From a virus: 64,000 nucleotides of DNA. A program made the position numbers and the translations under genes. The notes under the pieces were generated by a model, which was not told the origin of the DNA, did no database searches, and worked only from the letters and a program-made list of their open reading frames with translations. Where the stretch lies: positions 32,001-96,000 of IMG/VR virus record IMGVR_UViG_3300010371_000030; one strand, given 5' to 3'. Positions 17,862-27,810 of this stretch are shown here, piece by piece. How positions within the stretch are numbered: the stretch's first letter is position 1; every line of letters begins with the position of its first letter.

Positions 17862-20342
17862 CTACATCGTCCCCAATCCACCGACCGGGACAGCTCCCTG
17901 CTCGGCAATCGCGCGCCGCTGCCACGGCGTCGTTTTGAAGCCATTACGCTCGTGGATCTCTTGGGTGTGCTTGGCGCTGGCCAGAGCCACCTCGCGCCCG
18001 TCGATCTTGGTACAAGCGTTGACATCGATCTTGCGCTTGTCTTCCAAGTTGACCTTCACATCGACGTTGGGCGTCTTGTTCTTGTCCGCCTCCTTGTCGG
18101 CGAACGCCTGCTGGATCTTGTCGAGGAAGCTGCCCTTGTCGTCCTTGGCAACCGAAGGCTGCTTGCCCAGAGCGTTGAAGTCGGCGCTCGCCACCTGGTC
18201 TTGGATGCTGAAGCTCCCTTGTGCGGCGAATTCTCGGAAGCCCTTTGGCACCCAATCGCTCTTGCCCACGGCATCGGCGAGCATCACCATCGCTTTCACC
18301 GTCTCGTGGATGTTGTTCACCACGTTTTCGATGATCCATAGAGCGATGGACTTGATCAGACGAAACACCGGAGTCAGCGCGTCCAGCAGCATATCGAAGG
18401 CGACGATGGCCTTGGATACGAACCAACCAACGATGGAGCCCAGTACGCTGAACAGACCCTTCATGAAGGGTGTGAGGAAGCGGAACGCCTCGATGACTCC
18501 GCCGATGGCCTGTGCGGCAATCTCTCGGAACGTAGTCATGAACGTCTTGAGTTTCTCCCACGCATACATGGCATAGGGCAGCACGTAGTCGATGAAGGAC
18601 TTGGCGAACGGCTGGATGGCCGTATCATATACCCAGTTGATCAAGTCGCCGATGGCGTTGAAGATGCGCTTGAACGTGTCCCAGACGCTCTCTCCCTGGT
18701 TCCGGAAAAGCAGGAAGACCGCCACGGCGATCAGCCCCCATCCGGTCATCGCGGTGGCGATGAACTCGATAACAGTAGCGATGGCGCTAACGGCCGGGAT
18801 GACGACCGAGGTTACGAACGCGGCGACGCCCGCGAAGGCGATGAGAATGGGCGCGATGAGCCCGCCGACGAGCACGAGGATGGTCACGACCTTGGCGATG
18901 GAACGAACAATCTCCGGGCTGGCCGTGCCCGCCACCTGCTGCATGAAGGCCATGAACTCCGCCTTCACTTCGCCGATGGTCGTGATCACCCAGTCGAATC
19001 CATCCTTGATCCCGACGGCGACGTTGAACGTCGTGGCACCATACTTCTTGATGAGCGCTTCGTCAGTCTCCGTCTTGGAGTTGAGCGCTTGCATCACGAG
19101 GATGACGTTGTTGAGCGCGTCGGTGATGATGTCGAACGTGCCCGACATCGGCTTGAGGAAGGCACCAAACGCCTCGATGAAGAACACCTGGACCGACGAC
19201 GCAAGGAGCGTCATACGCCCGGCCAGGTTGTCGAGGCGCCGTTTGGCCATCTGGTCGGCCGTCCCCTCCGCGTGGGACAGCTGGTCAAACAGCTTGTCGA
19301 TCTTGCCGGACTCGATGCCCGCCTGGAAGGCGTTGAACGCCTTCATGCCACGGTCGCCGAACAGCTCTTGTGCCAGAGCGGCTTTCTTGACCACGTCCGT
19401 CTCGCCGGACATGGCCTTGTCGATCTGCTTGACGACATTGATGATGTCCAGACCGCCATCCGCGGTCTTGGCCATCTCGATGTTGTGCGCCTTGAGCCAG
19501 TGAGTTGCCTCCTGCGACGGCTTGGCCAGCTTCTTGAGCATGGCGGCAAACGAAGTACCGCCCACAGAGCCTCGGTTGCCCGCGTCGGCGGCAAGACCGA
19601 GCATGGTCGCCGTGGTCGCCAGATCAATCTTCATGATCCGAGCGTTGGCGGAGGCGTATTTGAACGCCTCGCCCAGGGAGACCATGTCCGTGTTGGTCTT
19701 GGTGCTGGTCATCGCGAGCACGTCAGACACAGAGCTGGCTTCCTTGAAGTCCATGCCCATGCCACGGATGACCTTAGAAACGATGTCCGCCGACGTCGCC
19801 AGGTCGATGGAGCCGGCCGCCGCCGCGTCGAGCACGCCCTTGATGCCAGACATGGTCTCCGGGACCGTCGCGCCCGCTCGGGCCATATTCTCCATGGCCT
19901 GGCCGACCGACGTGGCAGAGAACACAGTCTCGACACCGAGCTGCTTGGCTTTGTTCGTCAGCGTCGTCATGTCGGTGGCAGAGGCAAGCGAGACGGCGCC
20001 CACGGCGCTCATCTGCTTCTCAAAGTCCATTGCGTCTTTGATGCCAAGACCAAAGCCCGCGGACAGCGGAGCGAGCGCCATGCCGAGGGAGCCCGCGATG
20101 CCACCTACCTTGCTCACGGCGTTGCTGATCGACGCGGTGGCGCTCTCGGTCTGCCGCCCGGCTGCGGCAGCTTTCTTGCCAAGAGCGTCCACCGCGTCAC
20201 CAGCCTGCTGCGCCTTCGGGGGAAGCTGTTCAGTCGCCTGGCTCAGGAACTGCGACGCTTGACCGGCCTGTCCCATCCCCTGGACGGCCTGATTGACGTC
20301 CATCGTCATCACCGCACCCAGGCCCATCTTGTCAAGCGCCAT
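17862..20342 (-). CDS. Tape measure protein (TP901 family core)
   Basis: AMDFEKQMSAVGAV, FSATSVGQAMENMARAG, TNTDMVSLGEAFKY, RLDNLAG; Ala-rich with TM segments. Confidence 0.95.
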   Translation of the reverse strand: MALDKMGLGAVMTMDVNQAVQGMGQAGQASQFLSQATEQLPPKAQQAGDAVDALGKKAAAAGRQTESATASISNAVSKVGGIAGSLGMALAPLSAGFGLGIKDAMDFEKQMSAVGAVSLASATDMTTLTNKAKQLGVETVFSATSVGQAMENMARAGATVPETMSGIKGVLDAAAAGSIDLATSADIVSKVIRGMGMDFKEASSVSDVLAMTSTKTNTDMVSLGEAFKYASANARIMKIDLATTATMLGLAADAGNRGSVGGTSFAAMLKKLAKPSQEATHWLKAHNIEMAKTADGGLDIINVVKQIDKAMSGETDVVKKAALAQELFGDRGMKAFNAFQAGIESGKIDKLFDQLSHAEGTADQMAKRRLDNLAGRMTLLASSVQVFFIEAFGAFLKPMSGTFDIITDALNNVILVMQALNSKTETDEALIKKYGATTFNVAVGIKDGFDWVITTIGEVKAEFMAFMQQVAGTASPEIVRSIAKVVTILVLVGGLIAPILIAFAGVAAFVTSVVIPAVSAIATVIEFIATAMTGWGLIAVAVFLLFRNQGESVWDTFKRIFNAIGDLINWVYDTAIQPFAKSFIDYVLPYAMYAWEKLKTFMTTFREIAAQAIGGVIEAFRFLTPFMKGLFSVLGSIVGWFVSKAIVAFDMLLDALTPVFRLIKSIALWIIENVVNNIHETVKAMVMLADAVGKSDWVPKGFREFAAQGSFSIQDQVASADFNALGKQPSVAKDDKGSFLDKIQQAFADKEADKNKTPNVDVKVNLEDKRKIDVNACTKIDGREVALASAKHTQEIHERNGFKTTPWQRRAIAEQGAVPVGGLGTM

Positions 20343-20348
20343 GACCGT

Positions 20349-20567
20349 TCACCTTCTCTTGCGCCGGGCGCGCTCGTTGGCGGCTTTCTCCGCCTTCTGT
20401 TCCTTCTCCAGCTGTTGCCCGAGACGTTGGATGTACCACGCTCGCTCAGCCGAGTCCATGTTCATGACGTCCGTCCAGTTGAATGCTCCCTTCGAACAGT
20501 ACGTCAGGGTGAAGATGTCTTCCCGCAGCTCCTTGAGGTCTGCTAGCGGGAAGAATTGGAGAAAAAA
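20349..20567 (-). CDS. Frameshift extension of the tail assembly chaperone (gp51-like small domain)
   Basis: -1 frame from the slippery site T TTT TTC (20561-20567): FLQFFPLADLKELREDIFTLTYCSKGAFNWTDVMNMDSAERAWYIQRLGQQLEKEQKAEKAANERARRKRR; stops 6 nt before the tape measure ATG. Confidence 0.7.
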   Translation of the reverse strand, partial: FFLQFFPLADLKELREDIFTLTYCSKGAFNWTDVMNMDSAERAWYIQRLGQQLEKEQKAEKAANERARRKRR

Positions 20568-21529
20568 GCGTCATATCTCCAATCGATGGGCTGGAGAGAT
20601 TCCTTCTCACACCGCTCGCACGTCAGCTCCAGCGCCATCTTCGGGCCCACGTTCATGTCGTCCACCGCGGACACGAGCCCCTCCAGGTCGCGCTTGTGGA
20701 TGTAGTCCATATCAGCCTCGGTCATGGCGGTGTTCTGCGGGTTGTCGACGAAGCCGACGATGGCCCCGCGAAGGACAGCCAGCTTGGACGTCGCGTCGGT
20801 GATCACGCCGGTGGCAGCCATCTCGACGGAGTGCCACGGGGTCGGCCCCATCCGGAAGCCGGTGACCTTCTTGCCCCGGATGTCGACGGGGCGCTGGAGC
20901 GTGTACGTCCAGTACAGAGCATCGGGATGCTCGACGGTGATCACCTCCAGCGTGTCCAGGTCGGCCGGGAAGAGCCACTTGTGCTGGCAGAACGGGCACT
21001 GGACGTTCATCTTGATGATGTTGCCCATAGCCTCGCGACGCAGGTAGCAGTAGGCGTAAAGCACGTCGCCCATCGACATCTGAGCGAGCTGGACGCGCCG
21101 CTCGGTGACGTCGCTCTGCTTCGCCGGCATGTCCGGCCACGTGAGCGCACCGAATTCCGAACACATGCACGCGACCACGAGCGTGACGTGCTGGGCCATG
21201 TTGTCGCCCTTTTTCTTGAACTTGGCGATGGCCTTCTCCTCCAGCGTACGCCAGGGCCGCGCGTCGATGCGCTTGACCAACGGCTCGCCCGACGTCGCGA
21301 CGATACCGCCGACGGTCGTGGTGCCTCCGGCGTGGACGATGGAGCCGACCGGAAGGCGCGGCCCCAGCTGCCCGAGGGTGGTCTTGCCGCGCGTCTTCTT
21401 GGTGTCTTCGGCCGGCTTGTCGCCGTCGCCCTCGGGCTTGGCCGGAGGGGCGAAGACAGCGCGCCCCGGAAGCGGGGCGGCGGTCGTGGTCGGAGCGTCT
21501 TTCTTGGTATCGGTCTTGTCGGTCGGCAT
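20543..21529 (-). CDS. Tail assembly chaperone / T4 gp26-like hub assembly protein
   Basis: Lies between tube and tape measure; two CxxC motifs (CPFC, CERC), MGDVLY, ends DAFFSNSSR. Confidence 0.7.
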   Translation of the reverse strand: MPTDKTDTKKDAPTTTAAPLPGRAVFAPPAKPEGDGDKPAEDTKKTRGKTTLGQLGPRLPVGSIVHAGGTTTVGGIVATSGEPLVKRIDARPWRTLEEKAIAKFKKKGDNMAQHVTLVVACMCSEFGALTWPDMPAKQSDVTERRVQLAQMSMGDVLYAYCYLRREAMGNIIKMNVQCPFCQHKWLFPADLDTLEVITVEHPDALYWTYTLQRPVDIRGKKVTGFRMGPTPWHSVEMAATGVITDATSKLAVLRGAIVGFVDNPQNTAMTEADMDYIHKRDLEGLVSAVDDMNVGPKMALELTCERCEKESLQPIDWRYDAFFSNSSR

Positions 21530-21593
21530 GATGTTTTCGGTCGCCTCCAATTGGCTTTCGCCTTGTTAGGCCCACCTGGTGGATTGGTGTCGA

Positions 21594-22031
21594 TCAGAGC
21601 GGGATGATGTCGTCGATGGAGATGGGGAACGTGATCACCTGCATGTTGCCTTCGTCGCCCATCTTCATGCCGGGGATGCCGCGGCCGGTGACCCAGACGC
21701 CCACGAGCGTGTAGGAGCGGCCTGCCGCGCCGGAGAGCCGCGGCATGACGAGGGTGCAGGGAATCTTGTACGTCGGCAGCACGGGGTCCTGCCCCGACTT
21801 GTACCACAGCTCCATCGCGATGATGTCGGCATCGTGGTGTGCGGGGATGCTGATCTCCGTGGTCGTCGGGGGACGGACGCCGCCAGTGGCCGCCGTACGG
21901 TCGGGCAGCTCGATGCGAGTGAGCTCTTCTTTCAGCTCGCCAATCTCGACGGCAGTGATGGGCGCGATGCCCACCGGCAGGAACTGGAACTGGTTGTCTG
22001 CGATGTGGTCGGGTTGGATCGCGCCCTTCAT
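21594..22031 (-). CDS. Tail tube protein
   Basis: 145 aa beta-rich protein after the sheath; RSYTLVGVWVTG...VITFPISID; strong GGAGGAGAGG RBS. Confidence 0.75.
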   Translation of the reverse strand: MKGAIQPDHIADNQFQFLPVGIAPITAVEIGELKEELTRIELPDRTAATGGVRPPTTTEISIPAHHDADIIAMELWYKSGQDPVLPTYKIPCTLVMPRLSGAAGRSYTLVGVWVTGRGIPGMKMGDEGNMQVITFPISIDDIIPL

Positions 22032-22065
22032 GGCCTCTCCTCCATCCTTCTGGCTTGATGCGAGA

Positions 22066-22113
22066 TGCTGGCCCCTGCGTGCCGCCGGAAGGGCGACGAG
22101 CTAGGGGCCAGCA
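22066..22113. promoter_or_regulatory. Intergenic stem-loop upstream of the tube gene
   Basis: 11-bp inverted repeat TGCTGGCCCCT/AGGGGCCAGCA with no U-tract. Confidence 0.4.
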
Positions 22114-22149
22114 CGGGACGCATCGGTCATTCCTCGTGTCAGCGGCGTG

Positions 22150-22854
22150 TCAGGGCGCCGTGGGCTTCACCTTCGTGTAGAAGAACAGGAGCGAGTTCAC
22201 CAGCGCGTCGTCGGTGCCCAGCGTCCCGTTGTGGGGCTGCAGCGACACGGTGGCGGTGGCGGGGCCGCCGTTGGTGGGCAGGGCGAACGTTCCGCCCTCC
22301 ACCGACACCAAGACGTCCTGGATCGTGTTGGCGGTGGCGGTGGCGTTGAAGGCATTGGTCGTGCCCGAGAACGTGGGGCCGGCGCCGTCGGCGTCGCCCG
22401 GCAGCTGCTCCCACACCGAGATGTCGAAGGTGGTCGCGTCGCCCATCGTGGCGCCGGTCTTGGATCCGCGCACGAGGAAGCCGGCCGGCTGCGTGACGTC
22501 CATGTCGGCGGGAAGCAGCAGATCCATGAAGATGGCCGTCTGGGTGGCGGCATCGTTCCACCTGACGGCCATGTTCTTGCCGCCGTTCACCACCAGACCG
22601 GGGCTGCTCGTCGCCTGGTCGGTGAACTTGGCGAGCGGGGTGCCGTCCGCCAGGAGCGCTCCGCGGAGCCCGACCTTGAGCAGCGAGCCCGACAGATACA
22701 GCGCATCGATTGCCTCCACGACTGCGCCCAGAAACTCCTTGAGCGGCGATTCGCCCGTGTGGCTGTAGTCGTTGCCGGCGCCCGCCTCGCCGATGTCGTC
22801 CGGAACCTGGAGCCCGGAGGTGCCCGCGATGTTCGTCTCACCCTGATCCAGCAT
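22150..22854 (-). CDS. Hypothetical, probably virion protein between sheath and tube
   Basis: Clean 234-aa ORF with strong codon bias, beta-rich. Confidence 0.6.
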   Translation of the reverse strand: MLDQGETNIAGTSGLQVPDDIGEAGAGNDYSHTGESPLKEFLGAVVEAIDALYLSGSLLKVGLRGALLADGTPLAKFTDQATSSPGLVVNGGKNMAVRWNDAATQTAIFMDLLLPADMDVTQPAGFLVRGSKTGATMGDATTFDISVWEQLPGDADGAGPTFSGTTNAFNATATANTIQDVLVSVEGGTFALPTNGGPATATVSLQPHNGTLGTDDALVNSLLFFYTKVKPTAP

Positions 22855-22913
22855 GTCTCTTCCACCCTGTCGAGGCGCCTATGGCGCGTTGAATGCCGAT
22901 GTTCCCTTGGCGC

Positions 22914-25250
22914 TCACGAAGCCGGCGCCGTGAAGATGCCCTGCTTGCCGATGCGGATGATGAGGCGCTCGGTGGTGTCGGCCAGCCACAGCGTCACCGA
23001 AGCGATCTTGTTCCCCGCGGCGCGCACGGCAGGCGTGTTGAGCTCGCTGTCGACCTTGATCACGGCAGCGTCGGTGAACTTGGTCCCCTGGAGAGCCCGC
23101 TTGTTCCACTCCGGGAGAAAGAAGTTGTTGAGCGCCGTCTTGACGGAGTTGTCCGACTGGCTGTCGTTGATGGCGAACACGATCCAGTCGAAGTTCTCCA
23201 GGAACACGTGTTCGTAGTACGACATCTGCTCACGCTGATGCTTCCACGTCCACGTCGTGTCGATGCAGATGGTACGGTCACCCCAGAGCACGTAGTTGCC
23301 GGCGGACTTCTTGATGATGCCGATGCCGACCGGGTTCAGGTCTTCCTCGTCCAGCTTCCGCGTGCCGGTGGGGAGCCTCAGAAGCCGGGGCAACGTCGCG
23401 TCCTGGCCCGCCTCTGCCTTGTGGTAGCCCTGCCAGTTGGCGGCCATCGACGCCTCGCGACCGTGGATCATGCCGGTGAGCGAGATGAGCTTCATCTTGC
23501 CTGCGTTGGCAGCGATGGGGTCCGGATCGGGCACGTAACCATACGACGGGTGCGTCACCACGCCCATGTCGCTACGCCCGAGCGTATCGTTGATGTACTC
23601 GATGACCTGGAAGTCGTCGTTCACGCCGATGTTGGACGGCACCTCGACTCTGTACTGGTAATTCTTGGCCTCGCAGTACGCCTTGCCCGCGTTCTGCACG
23701 GTGGTCGAGGTGATGCCCGGCGTGGCCATCTTCACGAGACCCAGATTCAGCCCGATCAGGTCGTTGTAGGGCGAAGCGTTGGTGTCCCACGGCACGGAGG
23801 TGTACGCCGCGTCGGAGATGTCCGCGTTGCCGTCGCGACCGCCGGTGAACTCCTGCGGCGCGACCACCATGAACTCGGTCGCCTCCGAGCCGGCGTTGCC
23901 GGTCATGGTCATGTCGTTGCCGCCCGCGATGGTGATGGTGTTGTGATCGTTGGCGACGATGCGGAATTTGGTGCGCTTGGCGTTCACCTTGTCGGGGTAC
24001 AGGTAGCCGCCCACGAGAGTGTTCGCCATGAGCGGCTTGAACACGATGGTGATCGTGTCGTTGGCGGCGAGCGCCGTGCCTCCGGCGGTGAGCGTGAACG
24101 GAGGCGCCCACGCGACATCCGGAGTGAAGAGTGTGCCCAGGTGGAGCGTTCCGGTGAAGGATCCATAGCGGTCGGACTTGACCGTGCCCTGGGTGGCGCT
24201 GGTCATCGTCACCGTGATGATCTGCGGCAGGTGGGCATCGGTGACGGTGCCGAGCGCGAAGGTGGGATCACCGCCGCCGACGCTGTTGACGCTGAACTCG
24301 TTGATGACCGCCGTGAGCACCGTCGGCTGCGACAGCGCGGCGGTCGTCATGCCGTACACGTTCGCCGGACGGACCGACGGCGTGTAAGCACCAGTCCACT
24401 CGTCGGTGACCGTGATCTCGTCGTTGCCCTGGTCGTTGTTGATGACGTTGACCCAGTAGTTGGGGGACGATGGATCGCAGTTCAGGTTGTCGTAGTTGTC
24501 CACGAGAGAACCATCGACGTACACCTGGAAGCTGAACTCTCCATCGCTGTCGTTCTGCCCATCTGCGATTGCGAGCGACAGCGCCTTGCTTCCGGTGAAG
24601 TTGGCCGCTTGCCCGTCGGTGTTATCCAACGTCAGGTAGTACCGCAGATCGGTCTGGGTGGCCATCGCAGTGGCCATCGTCGAATCGGCGGACACCGTGA
24701 TGACGCCTGCCGAAGTGTTGCCCACGATGGCGAACTTGGCGTTGGGGAGCGCATCGAAGATGAGCCAACCGCCCTTCCACTCGTCGGTCTTCCACGCGTT
24801 GGTGAGGTTGGTCGTGAGCGTGGTCTGTGCCACCTGGGAGAGATTGCTGATCTTGGCGGTCCAGCGCTTCCACTTGCCACCCCATCGGCCGCCGTTCGCG
24901 GCTTGCACGAGGCCCATCACGGTCTGCGTACCGGCGATGCGCGCGTACAGCACCATCTGTGCCGGCACCTCGTTGCCGTCCGTGACACGAACGGTGGCGA
25001 TGCCGCCCGCTCCGTTGGCCAGGTTGTAGAAGTCCTGCGCGGCGTCGGGCAGCAGCGACTCCGGGATGATCCCGCCATGTCGCTTCGCCCACAGCGTGCT
25101 CGTCGCGCAGATGGACAGCTTGTTGACGGGGCCCTTCTCCAGCAGGCCGGTGTAGCCGACCCAACCGAGCGCGGCCGGCGTGATGCCGGCGCCGTCGCTC
25201 TGTTCCTCCACCCGGACGCCTGCGGCACGGACTGCTCCAAACGTTCTCAT
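22914..25250 (-). CDS. Contractile tail sheath protein
   Basis: AAGVRVEE, GLLEKGPVN, LNPVGIGII, VLWGDRT, WIVFAIND, DSELNTP. Confidence 0.93.
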   Translation of the reverse strand: MRTFGAVRAAGVRVEEQSDGAGITPAALGWVGYTGLLEKGPVNKLSICATSTLWAKRHGGIIPESLLPDAAQDFYNLANGAGGIATVRVTDGNEVPAQMVLYARIAGTQTVMGLVQAANGGRWGGKWKRWTAKISNLSQVAQTTLTTNLTNAWKTDEWKGGWLIFDALPNAKFAIVGNTSAGVITVSADSTMATAMATQTDLRYYLTLDNTDGQAANFTGSKALSLAIADGQNDSDGEFSFQVYVDGSLVDNYDNLNCDPSSPNYWVNVINNDQGNDEITVTDEWTGAYTPSVRPANVYGMTTAALSQPTVLTAVINEFSVNSVGGGDPTFALGTVTDAHLPQIITVTMTSATQGTVKSDRYGSFTGTLHLGTLFTPDVAWAPPFTLTAGGTALAANDTITIVFKPLMANTLVGGYLYPDKVNAKRTKFRIVANDHNTITIAGGNDMTMTGNAGSEATEFMVVAPQEFTGGRDGNADISDAAYTSVPWDTNASPYNDLIGLNLGLVKMATPGITSTTVQNAGKAYCEAKNYQYRVEVPSNIGVNDDFQVIEYINDTLGRSDMGVVTHPSYGYVPDPDPIAANAGKMKLISLTGMIHGREASMAANWQGYHKAEAGQDATLPRLLRLPTGTRKLDEEDLNPVGIGIIKKSAGNYVLWGDRTICIDTTWTWKHQREQMSYYEHVFLENFDWIVFAINDSQSDNSVKTALNNFFLPEWNKRALQGTKFTDAAVIKVDSELNTPAVRAAGNKIASVTLWLADTTERLIIRIGKQGIFTAPAS

Positions 25251-25268
25251 GGCCTGTTAACTCCTCTG

Positions 25269-26537
25269 TCAGCCTGGAATCTTGAGGTTGCCCGAGCCAC
25301 CGAATTGAAGTGGGTTGATCGTGGCGAACACCTGCTCAGCTTCTACCAAGTAGAATACTGCGTTGGTGATTCGGACAGCGACCCGCGCACCATGAAGACC
25401 AGCGGCGCTCGGGACAGTTTTCTGCTCGACGTCTCGATCAACGATCATGGTGAACTCTTCATCGAGACCCACGACCGTCAGAAGCGTGTTGTTCCAGAAG
25501 AATGAAGTGAATGCCTCCGCCATCCGCTGTGCATCCTTCTCCTTGTCCGTGATCATGCGGATGTCCATCGCCAAATCGACTTGGGTGCCCAACGGCAACT
25601 TCCAGCCCGCCCCCGTCGCCCGATTGAAGCACGTGTCCGAACCAAGAATGTAACGCATGTTTTCTTGGTTGACGTTCTCAATGTTGAGCGCCGGGAGCCG
25701 CGCGACCTGGCTGAACTCTTGGTCCGTCGTCAGCGACACGACAGGACTGTAGATGAACCTCACATGGAGACGGTCGCCCACGCTTCCTGGCGTCGTCAGA
25801 GCGACCGTCATCGTGGTCGGATTCCACGCGCCCGAGATGTCCGTGAGCATCGTCGGGTCCGTGGTCAGGTTATACACGGAATCGATGCCAGTAATGACGT
25901 ACTTCGTGGGCGTTTTGATGGTTACTTGGCCAAGATTGTCACTCTGCTGGAGCGCGTAGGTGTAGTCAGCGATAGGCTGGACTCCGGCCTGGAGCGCAGG
26001 CATGAAGGACCTGACCACATAGCTCTCGATGTATTCGATGTCAGAGAGCCACAGGACCTTGATCCAGAACACCTGCGGGGTGTACGCCGGATTGGTCGTG
26101 GACAGATTGATGACCACTTGGATGCCGCCGTTGGCCATCGGAAACGAGGCGATGTTGTTCGCCACGTCCGCCTCGGTGTTCCACTCGCCCGTATTCGCCG
26201 CGCGCCAGCTCGCTCCGTCCCAATAGAGTTCATCGGTGCCATCGGTAGACAGCCTGAACTTAGCGAATGTAACCTGTGCCTTGTTCACCGTGAACTGATT
26301 GTCATTGAGCTCAAATCCAATACACTGCTTCATCGTCGTGGGACGCACGAGACGCGTCTTCACATACAAGCCGGAGGTGGTCGGGAACACCCCGGGCGCC
26401 GTCGGGACCAGCTCCAGGCGCGGCTGCGACAGCGGATCATCGGCGTTCAACCGAGTATTCGGCCCCAGCGTGAGCTTGGGCAAGCTGTTCGGATTGAACG
26501 TGTGGGTGGTGATCAGCTTCTTGAGTCGCCTGCTCAT
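25269..26537 (-). CDS. Putative tail terminator/neck protein
   Basis: Position directly upstream of the sheath; C-terminal RLPALNI...QVDLAMDIRMIT pattern. Confidence 0.55.
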   Translation of the reverse strand: MSRRLKKLITTHTFNPNSLPKLTLGPNTRLNADDPLSQPRLELVPTAPGVFPTTSGLYVKTRLVRPTTMKQCIGFELNDNQFTVNKAQVTFAKFRLSTDGTDELYWDGASWRAANTGEWNTEADVANNIASFPMANGGIQVVINLSTTNPAYTPQVFWIKVLWLSDIEYIESYVVRSFMPALQAGVQPIADYTYALQQSDNLGQVTIKTPTKYVITGIDSVYNLTTDPTMLTDISGAWNPTTMTVALTTPGSVGDRLHVRFIYSPVVSLTTDQEFSQVARLPALNIENVNQENMRYILGSDTCFNRATGAGWKLPLGTQVDLAMDIRMITDKEKDAQRMAEAFTSFFWNNTLLTVVGLDEEFTMIVDRDVEQKTVPSAAGLHGARVAVRITNAVFYLVEAEQVFATINPLQFGGSGNLKIPG

Positions 26538-27400
26538 TTGAACGCCTTGCGGATGGAACGATTGACCACCTTAGTCACGCGACGACCGACCTTCTTGCCC
26601 GTACGCGTGACGGTCCTGTTGGCTCTCTTGCCGAACTTTGCCACCGACTTGCCCGCCTTCTTGGCGCGCCTGGCTAGAGTCCTGCGGAGACCGCGCGTGC
26701 TGCGCTCTAGGCGCTTCGCCGTCTTGGCTGCCTTCTTGGCGGCCTTGATCGCTTTGCCAACGATGGTCTTGTCGGCGGCTCTACCGGCCAGCTCGGCAAA
26801 CACGGCTTCGATGGCCTGCTCCCAATTGAGCATGATCTTAGCCTTGAAACTGGCATCGTTGAGTGTAATTGACACCCAAGGACGGCCAGGAGTGGTGATA
26901 ACGGTCGTGCCATCTTCCAGCGGATACCAACCGCCGGGGCGACGATTCCACAACTCCGCGGCTCGCCCGGTCAGCTGGTCCGGGCGAATGGCCCCCGTGC
27001 TCGCCTTCCAGAGGTAGAAGAACATGCCGCGCATCGCAGGCGTGACCTTTGTTTGGAATCCATCGTGGAGCGCCTGTGCGAGATTGAAGCCTTCCTCGTC
27101 TTGCTTGAGGACTCCGGCAAACACCGTGTACTCGTCAACCACTTCGTACGTCTGGCTACCGTACAGATCGGCGAAGTCCACGAGCGGCTTGCTGGAGCCC
27201 TTGATAAACACCGTCAATGCCGCGTTCGCGGCCATCCCCCTGCTCGTCGCGATGGTCTCTCGGAGCGCCTTGGCCGCGGTCATTCCATTGAGCTCGGTGG
27301 CTTTGGCCATGTGCCTCTTGAGCACACGCTCGAATCGCCGCGGATCGCACGCTGCTTGGTACTCCTTGAACCCAAACTTCACCACCCGAGCGGGCATCAC
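26534..27400 (-). CDS. Tail completion / virion morphogenesis protein with basic C-terminal tail
   Basis: NAALTVFIKGSSKPLVD, ITTPGRPW; neck position. Confidence 0.7.
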   Translation of the reverse strand: MMPARVVKFGFKEYQAACDPRRFERVLKRHMAKATELNGMTAAKALRETIATSRGMAANAALTVFIKGSSKPLVDFADLYGSQTYEVVDEYTVFAGVLKQDEEGFNLAQALHDGFQTKVTPAMRGMFFYLWKASTGAIRPDQLTGRAAELWNRRPGGWYPLEDGTTVITTPGRPWVSITLNDASFKAKIMLNWEQAIEAVFAELAGRAADKTIVGKAIKAAKKAAKTAKRLERSTRGLRRTLARRAKKAGKSVAKFGKRANRTVTRTGKKVGRRVTKVVNRSIRKAFK

Positions 27401-27810
27401 GTGCCTCGGACGGGTTGGCGATCCTTGAAGAATGCCTTGACCATGGCCGCTCCGAACGCACTGGGATAGTGCGCCATCGGCTCCAGCCGGGCGATGTACA
27501 CCTCGCGCGTCACCATGTTGGGCCCATCCCCGAAGGTGACAAAACGATCGTCAATGTGTAGGGTGATGTTCAGGAAGCGCAGATCCAGCGTACGAAAGAC
27601 CACATAGCCGTCGGAATCGTCCTGCGTACCAATACGAGTGATGTCCAGACCGGCTTCCGTTCCCCAGAACACCTGTCCTTGGCAGTAGACCGTGTCGCCG
27701 AACGTCCCGCCCTGGACGGGCTCCCGATAGCCAGGATCTTCCTCGGCCACGCCCCTCTGAAAGGACTGGATGCCAATTCGGACGGGGTGCTGAAGGTTGG
27801 GCGAGGTCAT
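27397..27810 (-). CDS. Putative head closure (stopper) protein
   Basis: 137 aa, EDPGYREPV; ATGA overlap with the adaptor gene. Confidence 0.6.
   Translation of the reverse strand: MTSPNLQHPVRIGIQSFQRGVAEEDPGYREPVQGGTFGDTVYCQGQVFWGTEAGLDITRIGTQDDSDGYVVFRTLDLRFLNITLHIDDRFVTFGDGPNMVTREVYIARLEPMAHYPSAFGAAMVKAFFKDRQPVRGT

Noticed and set aside
11773-25250. Extracellular contractile injection system or tailocin
   Set aside because: Terminase, portal, capsid and replication genes are present, so this is a phage.
22893-25505. Long plus-strand ORFs (e.g. 870 aa here, 828 aa at 16090, 512 aa at 57076, 280 aa at 1)
   Set aside because: Antisense shadows of real minus-strand genes caused by high GC3 bias; no recognisable motifs.
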